Positions 62,328 through 64,000 of a stretch of 64,000 bases of DNA are shown here, piece after piece. Both the position numbers and the translations under genes were made by a program. Each line of letters opens with the position of its first letter. Positions within the stretch are counted from its first letter, which is position 1. The notes beneath the pieces were generated by a model that made no database searches, had not been told where the DNA came from, and saw nothing but the letters and a program-made list of their open reading frames with translations. Source of the DNA: an uncultured Vicinamibacteraceae bacterium (lineage in GTDB: Bacteria; Acidobacteriota; Vicinamibacteria; Vicinamibacterales; UBA8438); the NCBI GenBank assembly GCA_964550305.1, contig CAZJYU010000003.1, forward strand, positions 20,220-84,219, given 5' to 3'.

Positions 62328-64000
62328 TTACCCGTGCCGGCCTGGGATCGCGACCGGCGCCAGCTCGGGCGTAAAGTCCTCGCCCGGATTGATGAAGCGG
62401 TTCCGCTCGATGCCGTACTGCCGGTCGTAGAGCTGCTTGTAGCGCCCGTCGAGGGCCATGAGCTCGTCGTGCGTGCCTCGTTCGACCACCTCTCCGGCCT
62501 CCAGCACCAGGATCTGGTCCGCGCTGCGGATCGTCGACAGCCGGTGCGCGATGACGAAGCTGGTCCGCCCCGCGCGCAGTGCGCTCAACCCGTCCTGAAT
62601 CAGCGCCTCGCTCTCGCTGTCGAGGCTCGATGTCGCCTCGTCCAGAATCAGGATGCCCGGATCGGCAAGGATGGCGCGCGCAATCGCGACGCGCTGCCGC
62701 TGGCCGCCGGAGAGCTTGACGCCCCGTTCCCCGACGATCGTGTCGTAGCCGTCGGGGAACTGGTCGATGAACTCGTCACAGTGGGCGAGGCGGCTGACCT
62801 CGCGGATCTCCGCGTCTGTCGCCCGCGGCTTCGAGAACGCGAGGTTCGCGCGAATCGTGCCGTCGAAGAGGAAGTTCTCCTGCAGGACGACGCCGAGATG
62901 GGCGCGATAGTCCTGCAGGCTGACGGTCTGGAGGTCGTGTCCGTCGATCAGGACGCGCCCGGCGGTCGGACGGTTGAATGCCATCACCAGGCTGATCAGC
63001 GTGCTCTTGCCGGACCCACTCGACCCGACGAGGGCGGTGGTTGTACCGGGGGCCGCGTCGAGTGACACGCCCTTGAGGACCGGCACGTCCGGTTCGTACT
63101 CGAACCACACGTTCTCCAGCCGGATCTCGCCGCCCAGACTGCCGAGCGACTCGCGGGCCTCGTCCTCCTGATCCTCGGTTGCCATCTCGCGGACTTCCCG
63201 AATCCGGTCGAGGCCGGCGAACGCCTCCGTGATCTGCGTGCCTATCTGCGAGATCTGAATCACCGGAGCAATGACGAGGCCAGTGAAGATGAGGTACTGC
63301 AGCAGTTCGCCGGTCGTCCACGAACCGGACATCAACGCGCTTCCGCCCAGGACGATCATCATCGCGCCGATCAGTCCCATCACGAACGTCGAGATCGAGG
63401 TGACGGCGGAGACGCCGGTCACCGTCTTCGCGACGTTCCGGAACAGGCGGTGCGCACCGCGCGCAAAGACGAGCTGCTCGCGCTTCTCGACGCCGTACGC
63501 CTTTACGATCCGGATGCCGCTGAGGGTCTCGCCGAGCCGTCCGGTGACCTCGGCGTTGATCTTTCCGCGCTCGCGGAAGACGGGCCGGATCCGCGAGAAG
63601 GCGACCGCCATCATGATGCCGAACAGCCCGAGCACGACGACCGTCAATAGCGTCAGCCGCCAGTTGAGCCAGAAGAGCCACACCAGGGCGATCGACGCGG
63701 TGAGCAGCCCGCCGGCCAGGTGGGCCAGCCCGGTACCGACAAGGTTCCGAATGCCCTCGGCGTCGGTCATGATCCGCGAGATAAGGACGCCCGTCTGCGT
63801 GGAGTCGAAGTAGCGGATGGGCAGGCGCGAGACGTGCGCCATCACCTGCTTCCGCATCTCGGTAATGGCGCGCTGGGCAGCGACGCCCAGCACCTGCGAC
63901 AGGGCGAACCCGGTTGCGGACTGCACGATCGCGGCGCCGAGGCCGATGCCTGCCAGCATGAACAGCTCGCCGGTCCGTTGCGCCGGCACCACCTCGTCGA
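62328..64000 (-). CDS. ABC transporter permease/ATP-binding protein (type I exporter, MsbA-like); N-terminus outside window
   Basis: TMD then NBD with Walker A GSSGSGKST, signature LSGGQRQRVAIAR, Walker B ILILDEATSSLD and H-loop FVIAHRL. The reading frame is still open at the window edge and the first TM helix is missing. Confidence 0.9.
   Translation of the reverse strand, partial: DEVVPAQRTGELFMLAGIGLGAAIVQSATGFALSQVLGVAAQRAITEMRKQVMAHVSRLPIRYFDSTQTGVLISRIMTDAEGIRNLVGTGLAHLAGGLLTASIALVWLFWLNWRLTLLTVVVLGLFGIMMAVAFSRIRPVFRERGKINAEVTGRLGETLSGIRIVKAYGVEKREQLVFARGAHRLFRNVAKTVTGVSAVTSISTFVMGLIGAMMIVLGGSALMSGSWTTGELLQYLIFTGLVIAPVIQISQIGTQITEAFAGLDRIREVREMATEDQEDEARESLGSLGGEIRLENVWFEYEPDVPVLKGVSLDAAPGTTTALVGSSGSGKSTLISLVMAFNRPTAGRVLIDGHDLQTVSLQDYRAHLGVVLQENFLFDGTIRANLAFSKPRATDAEIREVSRLAHCDEFIDQFPDGYDTIVGERGVKLSGGQRQRVAIARAILADPGILILDEATSSLDSESEALIQDGLSALRAGRTSFVIAHRLSTIRSADQILVLEAGEVVERGTHDELMALDGRYKQLYDRQYGIERNRFINPGEDFTPELAPVAIPGRHG

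Overview
64 kb of very GC-rich bacterial chromosome (about 70% G+C by eye, not computed). It has diderm hallmarks: lpxC, beta-barrel outer-membrane proteins, TlpA and lipobox lipoproteins. I call 61 protein-coding genes (two cut by the window edges, one a 25-codon leader peptide), 2 tRNAs (Pro-TGG, Arg-TCT) and a few regulatory elements. Recognisable content: an ilvD-ilvB-ilvN-ilvC operon, uvrA, lpxC, ettA, yggX, ggt, udk, a TAXI-type TRAP transporter, AbgT, NRAMP and SSS transporters, several cell-wall hydrolases (NlpC/P60, M23, Slt-like, M48+LysM), an ECF sigma/STAS operon, and many conserved hypotheticals. I saw no rRNA, CRISPR array, transposase, integrase or phage genes. Most of the very long ORFs in the six-frame track are antisense or out-of-frame shadows typical of high-GC DNA, and several real genes start well inside their track ORF. 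Best hunt results: (1) a B12-domain radical SAM gene whose TGA stop is followed in frame by AEP, a hairpin and a second stop, so it is a probable C-terminal C-U-A-E-P selenoprotein; it lies in a translationally coupled SSS transporter / radical SAM / ATP-grasp operon of unknown function. (2) A textbook but probably unannotated Ile/Val leader-peptide transcription attenuator in front of ilvD. (3) An orphan MalK-like ABC ATPase in which every catalytic motif is degenerate. (4) A TRAP permease whose conserved N-terminus has no canonical start codon. (5) An inverted pair of diverged DUF1499-like paralogues bracketing tRNA-Pro and four genes. All family assignments come from reading the translations and from memory of family motifs. 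No database search was run.
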